From an uncultured bacterium (lineage in GTDB: Bacteria; Babelota; Babeliae; Babelales; JABCYS01), in assembly GCA_963705705.1 (NCBI GenBank), contig CAVPKK010000005.1:64001-128000 (forward strand): a stretch of DNA of 64,000 nucleotides. Reading direction: 5' to 3'. The stretch's first letter is position 1, and each line of letters starts with the position of its first letter. The translations under genes and the position numbers were made by a program. This document shows positions 28,643-37,733 of the stretch, in pieces. A model generated the notes under the pieces. The model saw only the letters and a list, made by a program, of their open reading frames with translations, made no database searches and had not been told where the DNA came from.

Positions 28643-29497
28643 TCAATTCAATAAACCATATTTGCGGAAAGCTGCAAAAGCCTTTTTGGGATCAATTGGA
28701 ATAATGTTTTCTTGCTCTGCGGCTTGGCGGTTTTCCAGCTGATCATCAATCAGAAACCAAGGAAGATGTTGCTTTTCAGGATACATTTCTCGCGCTCTTT
28801 TAAATATCGCCGGATGAGGTTTCGCTAAATCTTCAACCCCTGAAATTATTTGCGCATCACTGTATTTAAAAATGTCAGAAAATTGTTCTTTTAATATATG
28901 AATATCTCGCGGCCAATTAGAGACGATGATATTGGTATTAAGCCGCTCCCCTTGCGCATTTGTTGCTTGATATGCTCTTCGAAACAATTTAATCAAGGGC
29001 GTGTACGTAAGCATTTCATCATAATTATTAAAATACAGACGGCATGCCGTACGGAATACAGATTTTTGGAATCTATCGGTAAATGCATCAGAATGCTTGC
29101 TAATCCACTCGTCGATCAATTCCAATGCTTCATGGCCAGTAAGTTTGCCTAAAAGGTAATCGCGCTGAATTGGCGGAGTTTCTGTGTGATTAAACTGTAA
29201 ATGCTTGTATTCAGGTGTGGCAAGAGGCGATGGTATTTTTGCAAGAATGCAGGTGAATAGATCTTCTAAATGCTGTTTAAAACCAACGCTGTTTTGCGCG
29301 CAGGCGACAGTATCATTTTGTTTATTAAAAAGACGGTACAGCTTATTTAAAAGATAAGACATCAAATAAGCAAACATATTAAAGTAGCCAAACTCTTTCA
29401 GCGCTTTCTGGGAATCGACGGTTAATAAAGTGCCGCCGATATCCCATAGAATTACGCGTTTTGTAGTTGGTGCTTTTAATATTGCTTCATTGACCAT
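28643..29497 (-). CDS. HAD-superfamily hydrolase
   Basis: ILWDIGGTLL, VSNW, AKPHPAIF and LIDDQLEN. Confidence 0.8.
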   Translation of the reverse strand: MVNEAILKAPTTKRVILWDIGGTLLTVDSQKALKEFGYFNMFAYLMSYLLNKLYRLFNKQNDTVACAQNSVGFKQHLEDLFTCILAKIPSPLATPEYKHLQFNHTETPPIQRDYLLGKLTGHEALELIDEWISKHSDAFTDRFQKSVFRTACRLYFNNYDEMLTYTPLIKLFRRAYQATNAQGERLNTNIIVSNWPRDIHILKEQFSDIFKYSDAQIISGVEDLAKPHPAIFKRAREMYPEKQHLPWFLIDDQLENRQAAEQENIIPIDPKKAFAAFRKYGLLN

Positions 29498-29551
29498 ACA
29501 GTACTCTTTTTACGGCTTTCATTAATTTAGCCGTTGGTTATCTGGTCCTAT

Positions 29552-29587
29552 CGCGCTATATCCTTTGATCAACTCAGGATGAGCGCG
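29552..29587 (+). repeat. Palindromic element type A (simple)
   Basis: CGCGCTATATCCTTTGATCAACTCAGGATGAGCGCG. Confidence 0.85.
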
Positions 29588-29687
29588 GCGTGCGATTTCT
29601 GACGATGAGGGTCTACTATGCGAAAACCGCTCGGTCTGAAGTGCGGCAAAAACCGAAATATAAGCTGCCTACGAAGCCATTGATTGC

Positions 29688-29712
29688 ATAGCGGGTCCAG
29701 GGTTTACCCTGG
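29688..29712 (-). repeat. Hairpin directly after the typA stop codon, repeated at 43114-43138
   Basis: Minus strand reads TAA-CCAGGG-TAAA-CCCTGG-ACCCGCTAT. Confidence 0.6.
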
Positions 29713-31584
29713 TTAGCGCATGTTGGCTTTAAGAACCTTTTTGCGCAAGCGGATATGGTTTGGTGTAACTTCGACTAATTCGTCTGGGTTGATCCATTCC
29801 ATAGTCGTCTCAAGATCCATAACCAGTGGCGGTGCAAGCATAACCAAGTCATCAGAGCCAGAAGCTCGCATGTTGGTCAGTTTCTTTTCTTTGCACGGAT
29901 TTACATCCATATCATTATCACGGCTATTTTCGCCAATGATCTGACCTTGGTATACCTGTTCGCCGGCGCCGATAAAGAGCGTGCCGCGTTCTTGTAGGTT
30001 ATCTAGGGCATAAGCTGTTGTTTTGCCCGCTTCCATAGAAACTAGAGCACCTTTGGTACGGCTTGGGATTTCGCCCTTAAATGGTTGGTAGCCTGAGAAG
30101 CTCATGGCCATAACACCGGTACCACGTGTATCGGTAAGGAACTGGCCGCGGAAGCCAAAGAGACCGCGAGACGGTACTTCAAATTCTAAACGGATACGAC
30201 CATCAGAGAAGTGGTGGATTTGTTTCAATTCACCCTTCTTCTTGCCTAAGCGCTCTATAATGATGCCTTGGAATTCACTTGGTACGTCAATGATTACATA
30301 CTCAATCGGTTCATTGCGTTCGCCGTTGATATTTTTATAGATAACTTCTGGCGCTGAGATTTGTAGTTCAAACCCTTCACGTCGCATGTTTTCAACCAAA
30401 ATGCCAAGGTGAAGCTGGCCGCGGCCCATCACTTTAAAGCGATCAGGCGAATCGGTTGGTTCAACACGCAAAGCCACGTTGGTGCGCAGTTCTTTATCTA
30501 AACGATCTTTAAGATGGCGTGCAGTTACATACTTACCATCTCTACCATTGAACGGTGAGTCATTGATGCAGAAATACATCGACACTGTTGGCTCATCGAT
30601 GGCAACATATGGGCATGGCAATGGTTTGCCGACCGCACACAACGTCGTATTAATCTTGATGTCATGATCAAAGCCAGCTATGGCGATAATGTCACCATAT
30701 TGTGCTTTTGCCACTTCAACCTTTTTAAGGCCTTCAAACATGTAAATTTTGGTAACTTTCATTGGCTGACTGACGACATCATCTTTGCAGCAGATGAACT
30801 GATCGCCCACGTTAATCGAGCCACTGTTTACGCGACCGATAGCCAGAAGGCCAAGATAGTCGGAACGATCAAGCGAGGTAACCAGAATCTGGAGACCTTC
30901 ATCAGATTTAGGGCGTGGAGCAGGGATTGTTTTAAGAATCACCTTAAACAAAGGTTCCATAGAGCCTGTTGTTGTACCTTCAACGAGTTTTTTGGCTTCG
31001 TCGCGTGAAGTGGTCATATAGCCATTACGAGATGAGCCATAGAGCACAGGGAAGTCTAGCTGATCTTCGCTGGCAGCTAGATCAAGGAAAAGGTCATGAA
31101 TTTGGGATTCGGTGCGGTCAATATCCGCATCTTTTCGGTCAATTTTATTAATAAGGACGATCGGCTTGAGCTTAAGATCGAGCGCCTTGCGGAGTACAAA
31201 ACGGGTACCAGGAAGTACACCTTCTGCCGCATCTACGAGCAATAAGAACCCTTCAACCATCTGGAGAGTACGCTCTACCTCACCACCAAAATCACTGTGG
31301 CCAGGGGTGTCAACGATGTTAATGCGATGGCCCTGGTATGAAACACCGGTATTTTTGGCCAAAATCGTGATCCCGCGTTCCCGCTCAAGGTCATTGGAGT
31401 CCATGGCGCGGTCAACTTGATCTGCCTCGGCAGATCCGCCCGCGCGGAAAAGCTGGTCAACCAGGGTCGTTTTTCCATGGTCAACGTGGGCAATAATAGC
31501 GATATTACGGACTTCGTCCCGAGCTGGGCCGGTGGCCAGGTTAGTGGCATTTTGGGTTATATTTTCTTGATTCATAGATGTCAT
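29713..31584 (-). CDS. typA: Translational GTPase TypA/BipA
   Basis: [33 protein letters not shown] and [11 protein letters not shown]. Confidence 0.97.
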   Translation of the reverse strand: MTSMNQENITQNATNLATGPARDEVRNIAIIAHVDHGKTTLVDQLFRAGGSAEADQVDRAMDSNDLERERGITILAKNTGVSYQGHRINIVDTPGHSDFGGEVERTLQMVEGFLLLVDAAEGVLPGTRFVLRKALDLKLKPIVLINKIDRKDADIDRTESQIHDLFLDLAASEDQLDFPVLYGSSRNGYMTTSRDEAKKLVEGTTTGSMEPLFKVILKTIPAPRPKSDEGLQILVTSLDRSDYLGLLAIGRVNSGSINVGDQFICCKDDVVSQPMKVTKIYMFEGLKKVEVAKAQYGDIIAIAGFDHDIKINTTLCAVGKPLPCPYVAIDEPTVSMYFCINDSPFNGRDGKYVTARHLKDRLDKELRTNVALRVEPTDSPDRFKVMGRGQLHLGILVENMRREGFELQISAPEVIYKNINGERNEPIEYVIIDVPSEFQGIIIERLGKKKGELKQIHHFSDGRIRLEFEVPSRGLFGFRGQFLTDTRGTGVMAMSFSGYQPFKGEIPSRTKGALVSMEAGKTTAYALDNLQERGTLFIGAGEQVYQGQIIGENSRDNDMDVNPCKEKKLTNMRASGSDDLVMLAPPLVMDLETTMEWINPDELVEVTPNHIRLRKKVLKANMR

Positions 31585-31687
31585 TTCGTTGAAACTCCCT
31601 TTTTCAAAGAATTTTATGTCTTTTAAAGTTTTCTAATGGTAACAATTAAGCTTGATTTTGCAAAAGGTCTGGGTGCCTTTTTGAGGC

Positions 31688-31722
31688 AAAAAAGGGCCTG
31701 CTCCGGTAGGAACAAGCCCTTT
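31688..31722 (-). terminator. Intrinsic terminator after rpsR
   Basis: Stem AAAGGGCTTGTTCC/GGAGCAGGCCCTTT followed by a T run on the minus strand. Confidence 0.75.
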
Positions 31723-31737
31723 CTGTTTGTGGTCAGC

Positions 31738-32022
31738 TTAATACTGGGCTGCGGTATATGGCAGGAGGGCCATCATACGTGACATTTTGATATTGTCAGC
31801 CAAGAACCGCTGGTGCTTGGTGCAGGTGCCAGATATACGAGAAGGCACAATCTTGCTTCGGGCTGTTAAGAATGACCGGAGGAACCCAGCATTCTTATAG
31901 TCCAGCATGCCCGCTTGCTCAGTAGAATTGCAGAAGCGGCAGTGCCTTTTGGTTGATCCGTTGCGGCGGCTACGCTTTTTAAGTAACCGGGCACTGATTT
32001 TCAGTTTTACTTTTTTTGCCAT
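31738..32022 (-). CDS. rpsR: 30S ribosomal protein S18 (Zn-binding type)
   Basis: CRFC, LDYK, KIVPSRISGTC.KHQR and ALLPY. Confidence 0.95.
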   Translation of the reverse strand: MAKKVKLKISARLLKKRSRRNGSTKRHCRFCNSTEQAGMLDYKNAGFLRSFLTARSKIVPSRISGTCTKHQRFLADNIKMSRMMALLPYTAAQY

Positions 32023-32025
32023 GGG

Positions 32026-32565
32026 TTACGCCTCCGCTGGTGGGGTTGCAGCCGCTGCTACGCCGGCGCTTTCGCGTCCAAATCGTTCGGTGGCTGTACT
32101 GATGTCTGAAGTTTCTGAATGCTCTTCGTCGTCATCCTCAACCCGGAGGTTTGGTCTGCCGCCACGAAGAGAGTCCATTTTGTTTTCTTTAAGGAAGGTA
32201 TCAACATCGCGAACCGGTGTATCTTCCAGGGAGTCTGGACGATGGTAGGCGAGGGACTTTTTAGGGCCCAGGATAGTTGTGATAGTACGCATGATTGCAT
32301 CACCAAACTTGATCGTAAACAGGGTGTTGAGCACTTTAAGCAACTCAGCTTTCTGGGCTTCGTCAATCTCAAAACGGATGAGGCAGTAGATACCGTAATC
32401 GTTTTTGCGAACTGGATAGGCAAGTCGAAACTTACCCCAGCGTTCGAATGAAACAAGTGAGCCTTTGGCCTCTTGAATGGTTTTGGATATTGCCTTTTCA
32501 ATCTGCCCAAATTCATCGTTTGTTACATCAGGTGCGGAAAGAATAAGCGTTTCGTAACGCGACAT
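32026..32565 (-). CDS. rpsF: 30S ribosomal protein S6 with long C-terminal extension
   Basis: RYETLI and WGKFRLAYPVRK...G.Y; adjacent to rpsR with no ssb between. Confidence 0.95.
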   Translation of the reverse strand: MSRYETLILSAPDVTNDEFGQIEKAISKTIQEAKGSLVSFERWGKFRLAYPVRKNDYGIYCLIRFEIDEAQKAELLKVLNTLFTIKFGDAIMRTITTILGPKKSLAYHRPDSLEDTPVRDVDTFLKENKMDSLRGGRPNLRVEDDDEEHSETSDISTATERFGRESAGVAAAATPPAEA

Positions 32566-32640
32566 ATGACTCCTAGACTACATGGAAGTGTTATATATAC
32601 ACTGGTCAACAACCCATTGCTGCTGACCTTAGTCTACTTG
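32566..32640 (-). promoter_or_regulatory. Structured 5' leader of rpsF-rpsR
   Basis: Predicted three-way junction: TAGACTA/TAGTCTA closes GGTCAGCAGC/GTTGTTGACC and AGTGT/ACACT, and abuts the AGGAG SD. Confidence 0.45.
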
Positions 32641-32707
32641 GCCTGGCCTTTGATCTTTTTTGCTCGGCAAAAATTATTTAGGGCGGGCGGATTAGTAGGG
32701 ATAGGGG

Positions 32708-32735
32708 ATTATAGCAGGAAAAAGGGTTTATCCAA
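32708..32735 (-). promoter_or_regulatory. Sigma70 promoter of rpsF
   Basis: TTGGAT-N16-TATAAT with an extended -10 TG. Confidence 0.65.
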
Positions 32736-32781
32736 AGGGGATTACGCCTTTTGGCCTCACCCGTTAGCTAGAGCCCAAAAT

Positions 32782-35190
32782 TTAATCTTCCTTGGGGTCG
32801 ATAGAAGGACGAGCTTCTTCCTTGATCTTGGTGCTTTCCTCGCCATTATTATGGATTTCTGATCGAACATCAGCATCTGTTCCATCAGGTTCATCAGCAG
32901 AGGAGTCATTGCGTGCAATTGATTCAAGCATCGCTTTATGGGCAGTCTCTTGCTCTTTATATTGTTGACCTGAATCTATTGGTTTACCCCACTCTGCCAG
33001 ATACTTGGCGTATATATCAGCTTTTATTACTAATTCCTTCGCTGCAGGATATATAATCACTAAACCTTGAGCGGCGTTTCTTATTTTTTGAACGGCCGCT
33101 TCAAGCCCATCGGAACGCCAAGCACTTATGTGTTTAAAATATTTTTTTGCCATCATAAAATGCTTTTGGGCTTCAGCCTGTTGATTAAGAGAGGCAAATT
33201 CTTGAGCAAGCTCGATATTTACTTCAATAGCAGTTGTTATAAAATCATTTAAATCCTCAACATCAAAAGCCCCATCAAAGTAATCTTCATATAGCTCAAG
33301 CATTTCTGTAAATGTTGCGTCAGCATTTTTTAAATGATTTATGCGATTTATTGGATTTGCTCTTGCGAGATTTTTGTGACATTTAGCGGCAGAATAAAGC
33401 TTTTTGTATAGATCTGATCTCTTCTCTGCCATTGGTTCGCTCATTGTTATTTCTCGGATATGCTTAATCTGTGGAACAATATATTCTAATGCTTGTTGCA
33501 GCCATAGAACGGTGCGAGCATCAAAAAATTGCGTCTGCGCAGCCTCCATAAATTGGGAAGCAATTTGGGAATACGCTTTCATGAAATGCCATTCGCTAAT
33601 TTTTGAAAATTCTTCGGCTAAATAGATTAAGTGCACGCATATTGCATCTTTGCTTGCCGGATTTATTAATTGGATATAGGCCTTAATGCGCCGGTTCATG
33701 AATTCTCGGAATATTTTTCTTGTTGCATCGATCTTTTCATATGCATTACTCTTGGATATGCCGGTTATTAATTTCCCTTGTGCAGCCAACTTGAATCTGT
33801 TTATTATATTTTTAAACAATTCTATACAAAGTTTGTCATGCTCAAATGTTTCAGTCGTAAGCCGTGCATCTGCCGCAAAAAGTGGTGAGTTAAGGTTAAT
33901 TTGAAGCTGCTGTGCGAATGTGATTGCAATTGTTTCTATATCTGAATAGGATAAATAAGGCCTTTGATTGATATATTGCTGCTCAGTAATTGTATATATA
34001 TCTGCTAAGCGAGACACTACGGCCTCCTTGAGTTGACTATCTTGAACAAATCGACGTTTATCGTTTCCGGAATCAGTAAGCCAGGCAATGGCGTTATCAT
34101 TTTCTCTACGGAGATCCAACATCGGTACTGGAAATCTAAAAAGGTTGTTATCTGTGAAGCCTATAACCCGCAGAATACTAATAGCGGCTGCATATGGTTG
34201 AAAATTGTGAACTAATGGTAATAGGCTTTCGAGCAATTCGGCATATTCTTTATTTATTTTATCAAGATCTGCTTTTTCAGTAGAAAATTCAAACGCATTT
34301 TGCCTTACGAGCTCAGTCTGTCTTGCTTCAAGGGTAACCTTTTGCGCATGTAATTTTGCTAAGTTAGCTCTGCGGCTTTTTAGTTTTGCGTTCTCGATAT
34401 AGCGGAGCGTGCCTAGATCCCAGTTCTCTATGAAGAATCGATCATTTTCAGAAACATCATGAAAATAAGTAGAAAAAATCGCGCGAAGCGCATTAATGGG
34501 ATTTGAATATCGTTGGCACAAGGCAACTATTCTGCCAATTGCGACATTGAACGGCTCGCCTTTGCTCAGAATGGCTTTCACCTTTTCTGTCCAGATTTGA
34601 CCTACAGAAACTTTGACTGTCTTGCCATTTTCCTGTTTGGTTATTGGACGTATTGATAAAGGAAGCTTTTTTGCTTGCACATTAAAAATCTTATTTACGC
34701 GTGTAATTCTACAGAGATCGAGATAATTCAGATTTTGGAGTAGATCAAAAACCCATTCTTTACAGTGAAAATATTGATCTTGAGCCTTCCATAAAGTCGG
34801 ATTTGATGTTCCTTTTATTGCGGGCATTGCTGAATTACTAGAGTTTGGCTGCATTCCTAGGCTAAGGGTGTTATGACCCTTTTCTTCAGCTGCATTTTTG
34901 TCCGCTTGAGCAATCCTTGCGGCTAAAATCCTGTCGGCCGCAGTAAGCTTTCTGCGTTTATTACGTTCTAGGCTGGAACCTTGTTGGCTGTTGGGGACTG
35001 AAAGTCTTTGGGCAAGACTATTGCTTTCATCCTGCATATCTTCTACACCACACATCGCACGCGGATCGGATAAACTTAAAATAACAGGAATCGGGTTGCT
35101 ATTGTTGGTGTTGGGATCCATTCCCAGAATTGGCAAAGCAATGGCGAGATAAGCAATAAAAATCGTTAGCTTTTTTAGATTAGTAATCAT
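32782..35190 (-). CDS. Secreted helical protein with F-box-like motif (array member)
   Basis: Start MITNLKK after a GGAGG SD (ORF track start 35214); signal peptide; KEWVFDLLQNLNYLDLCRITRVNKIF, QPYA and YPAAK. Confidence 0.8.
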   Translation of the reverse strand: MITNLKKLTIFIAYLAIALPILGMDPNTNNSNPIPVILSLSDPRAMCGVEDMQDESNSLAQRLSVPNSQQGSSLERNKRRKLTAADRILAARIAQADKNAAEEKGHNTLSLGMQPNSSNSAMPAIKGTSNPTLWKAQDQYFHCKEWVFDLLQNLNYLDLCRITRVNKIFNVQAKKLPLSIRPITKQENGKTVKVSVGQIWTEKVKAILSKGEPFNVAIGRIVALCQRYSNPINALRAIFSTYFHDVSENDRFFIENWDLGTLRYIENAKLKSRRANLAKLHAQKVTLEARQTELVRQNAFEFSTEKADLDKINKEYAELLESLLPLVHNFQPYAAAISILRVIGFTDNNLFRFPVPMLDLRRENDNAIAWLTDSGNDKRRFVQDSQLKEAVVSRLADIYTITEQQYINQRPYLSYSDIETIAITFAQQLQINLNSPLFAADARLTTETFEHDKLCIELFKNIINRFKLAAQGKLITGISKSNAYEKIDATRKIFREFMNRRIKAYIQLINPASKDAICVHLIYLAEEFSKISEWHFMKAYSQIASQFMEAAQTQFFDARTVLWLQQALEYIVPQIKHIREITMSEPMAEKRSDLYKKLYSAAKCHKNLARANPINRINHLKNADATFTEMLELYEDYFDGAFDVEDLNDFITTAIEVNIELAQEFASLNQQAEAQKHFMMAKKYFKHISAWRSDGLEAAVQKIRNAAQGLVIIYPAAKELVIKADIYAKYLAEWGKPIDSGQQYKEQETAHKAMLESIARNDSSADEPDGTDADVRSEIHNNGEESTKIKEEARPSIDPKED

Positions 35191-35216
35191 TATTTTCCTC
35201 CATTTGAACATCATTT

Positions 35217-35250
35217 AGTATCCGGAATTGCCTTTTCGCTGTCAAAAGCC
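35217..35250 (-). promoter_or_regulatory. Sigma70-type promoter, duplicated at 43013-43046
   Basis: GGCTT-TTGACA-N17-GATACT. Confidence 0.7.
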
Positions 35251-37036
35251 CTAATCCAACTCATCTTCAGAAATTGTAGCTGCCGAAGGCATTGATTGGC
35301 CCTTGAACGTAGGAGATCCATGATTTGGGTGCGGGAGGCTATTAGAGCTGAACGTTTCAACATGTTCATGGTTAAGAGACATTCGATCATCTATAACAGG
35401 AAGTATGGCATTCAGATCTCTAGGAGGCCATGGGACCCGTAACGGCGAAGATGAGATTGCCGGAAGGCTAGGTAGGCTGCTGCTAGATGACTTTATCTCG
35501 TCATGTTCCAACTCTTCTTGGTGAGCATCTAGGGAAGATTTCCCCTCATCTGTTTCTGTCTTTAAAAGTGTCTCATCAAAGGCTATTTTCTGTTCCATGG
35601 CCACAACACAATCTGCGGTCATTGTTTTCAGCAGCGCTACTAAAGCGCGTGTTGTTGCATTCTTCGCAGGCGCATATTTGTTGCGCAATAATATGGCCAA
35701 AGGCAAGATTCTTTTGAGTTTTTCGGCATGAGTTTCTCTGATGAATGCCGATGCACGCCATATGTAATCGAGAGCTGAAGTAAGATTTTGATTCTTATTT
35801 TTTTTATTATCATAATCAAATGCGAGCTGCATTTCTGCAAGAGCTGCAGCATAAAAATCAGCTATGCCCATAGCACCAGGAATTGTTCTTAGTTGTTCAA
35901 AGTATTTAGTTGCCCGTTTCTTTTTGATACGCTCTGTGTGCATTAAATCGCCGGATAGTAATGCGGCATTATGCAAATCGTCTATTGAGAGATTCCCTTT
36001 TTCTTTATCAATAACAATGGCCGCACATCGAGTTGCCCATTTGATGTAGGTTTTTACTCCTACATCAACTCTGTCAGGTATAAATTCCTTCCAGATCGCT
36101 ATGGCAGCAGCCACTTTTCGGCAGGGTTCTAGATCTTCGTTTACCAGGATTTTAGGCGAAGAGCGTTTCCAGCCATTATTCGGTAATTCCAATGCTTGGT
36201 GTATGAGCTTCGGGATACAAAGGATGAAATGATAAGGGGGATTATTATCTTTTCTGAGCCGCTCTGATACTGCTGAAAGCTTATCTATTGCCGATTGTTT
36301 TTTAAAATGGCTATTAGCTTGCGCAATCTGATTGAGACAATGTTTATGTATTAGCTCTCAGCTTTACGACAGATGTCTATATTTTGTGTGCCTAAAAGGG
36401 CATACATTCTTGATACCGCATCTGGTGAAAATCCACTTTGGGCGAGGAGGGATGCCTTTTGGATAATATCCTTCATTTGATCTGGCTCTATACGGGCGAT
36501 AATCGGACTCCAGCCAATTATCGTGCTTGCAAGTCTTTCGATATCTTCTGGCGATGAAAAATTTGTTTGGTCGAACGCTTGTTCAAGAACTAATGGAAAA
36601 TGAGTCATAATGATACTGATATAAGCAGGCATTACTTCTTTATACAGCATCAGCCGATTTATGGCGCTGAGAGATTCATATCTATCAAATGGCAAGCGCT
36701 GTCTAATTTTCCGCCGCATAAGAAGCTCAAAATCTAGTTCATTCTCTTTTGTGAATTGAAGTTTTGGCGGCGTACTTTGTGCCCGTGGTACTATTGAATG
36801 ATTGGCTAGATGCTCAAGAGGTACAGAGAAACCAAACGTTGTCGCTTTGTATGTTCTCTTTTTTCTTGTTCATCAAAATCAACAATTGCTTGGGCAATGG
36901 TATAGGCTGTTTGCCGAATTGCGGTTTGCTGTTCTTTGCGCAACTGACTTTGTGATGAAGGTGTTGCGGGCGTGCATAGAATTGATGTCGTTGTGATTAA
37001 GGCTGTAAGAATAGATGCTATTTTTATCTGTTGCAT
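35251..37036 (-). pseudogene. Array member split by two -1 frameshifts
   Basis: ORFs 36806..37057 (signal peptide), 36351..36719 and 35251..36192 join by -1 shifts at about 36810-36865 and about 36355. The C-terminal part shares DDLHNAA/DFYAAA/YAPAK motifs with 41943..42983. Confidence 0.7.
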
Positions 37037-37081
37037 GGTATTTTTCTGGTTATGCAAATTCTAAGATAATGCCTAATAAAT

Positions 37082-37729
37082 TTATTTGGCTGCTGTCATT
37101 TTCTCATCACTATCTTCATCATGTTCATCACTTTCTTCGCCATCTTTTGGTGAGGATAGGGGGTACGATGGAAATTCGAAGCCTGTCTTATTATTGCTCG
37201 GCGGCGGACTTTTGAGTCCCGCTAAAACTTGATCGCTAGATGGAGGCACTTCAACTGAAGCAGATTGTGCTATCGGCGAGGGCAAATCCGGGATCAGAGC
37301 ACTGAAAGACTCGTTTGAAGTCAGATTTTTTAACGCAGGTTTTGGCAGCGCTAATTGCTGTTGGACTGGAGGTAACCATGGGATAGGTTCCCGCGGGATA
37401 AGCTCCATTCCTGAGATATGTACGTTTCGTTTATCCGTTTTCCTGTTGGCGTCTACAATTGCTTGGACATATCGATCTTTGGTCTGTCGGAGAATGGCTT
37501 GTCCACTGCAATATGCGATTGCATCCCAATGGGCTTGAGCAGCTAGCATGAGTTGATGTGTCATTAAATTTGCATGAAACAATTTCACAAATTTTCGTGT
37601 CTCAGGACGAATTGGGTCTGGGCTTGAACTGCTTGATGAGGGTGATGATGTTGCAGTACTGGCCAATGGAATACAGGCAAGAACAGCAATCACAACTAAT
37701 TTTGCGAACTTAATCATAGATATCTCCAT
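37082..37729 (-). CDS. Secreted Ser/Pro-rich hypothetical protein (array member)
   Basis: Signal peptide MIKFAKLVVIAVLACIPLAS, poly-Ser stretch, acidic tail. Confidence 0.75.
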   Translation of the reverse strand: MEISMIKFAKLVVIAVLACIPLASTATSSPSSSSSSPDPIRPETRKFVKLFHANLMTHQLMLAAQAHWDAIAYCSGQAILRQTKDRYVQAIVDANRKTDKRNVHISGMELIPREPIPWLPPVQQQLALPKPALKNLTSNESFSALIPDLPSPIAQSASVEVPPSSDQVLAGLKSPPPSNNKTGFEFPSYPLSSPKDGEESDEHDEDSDEKMTAAK

Positions 37730-37733
37730 TCAT

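Noticed and set aside
29588..29690. Small ncRNA between the HAD gene and typA
   Set aside because: Only weak stems (CTATGC/GCATAG) and no recognisable family motif.
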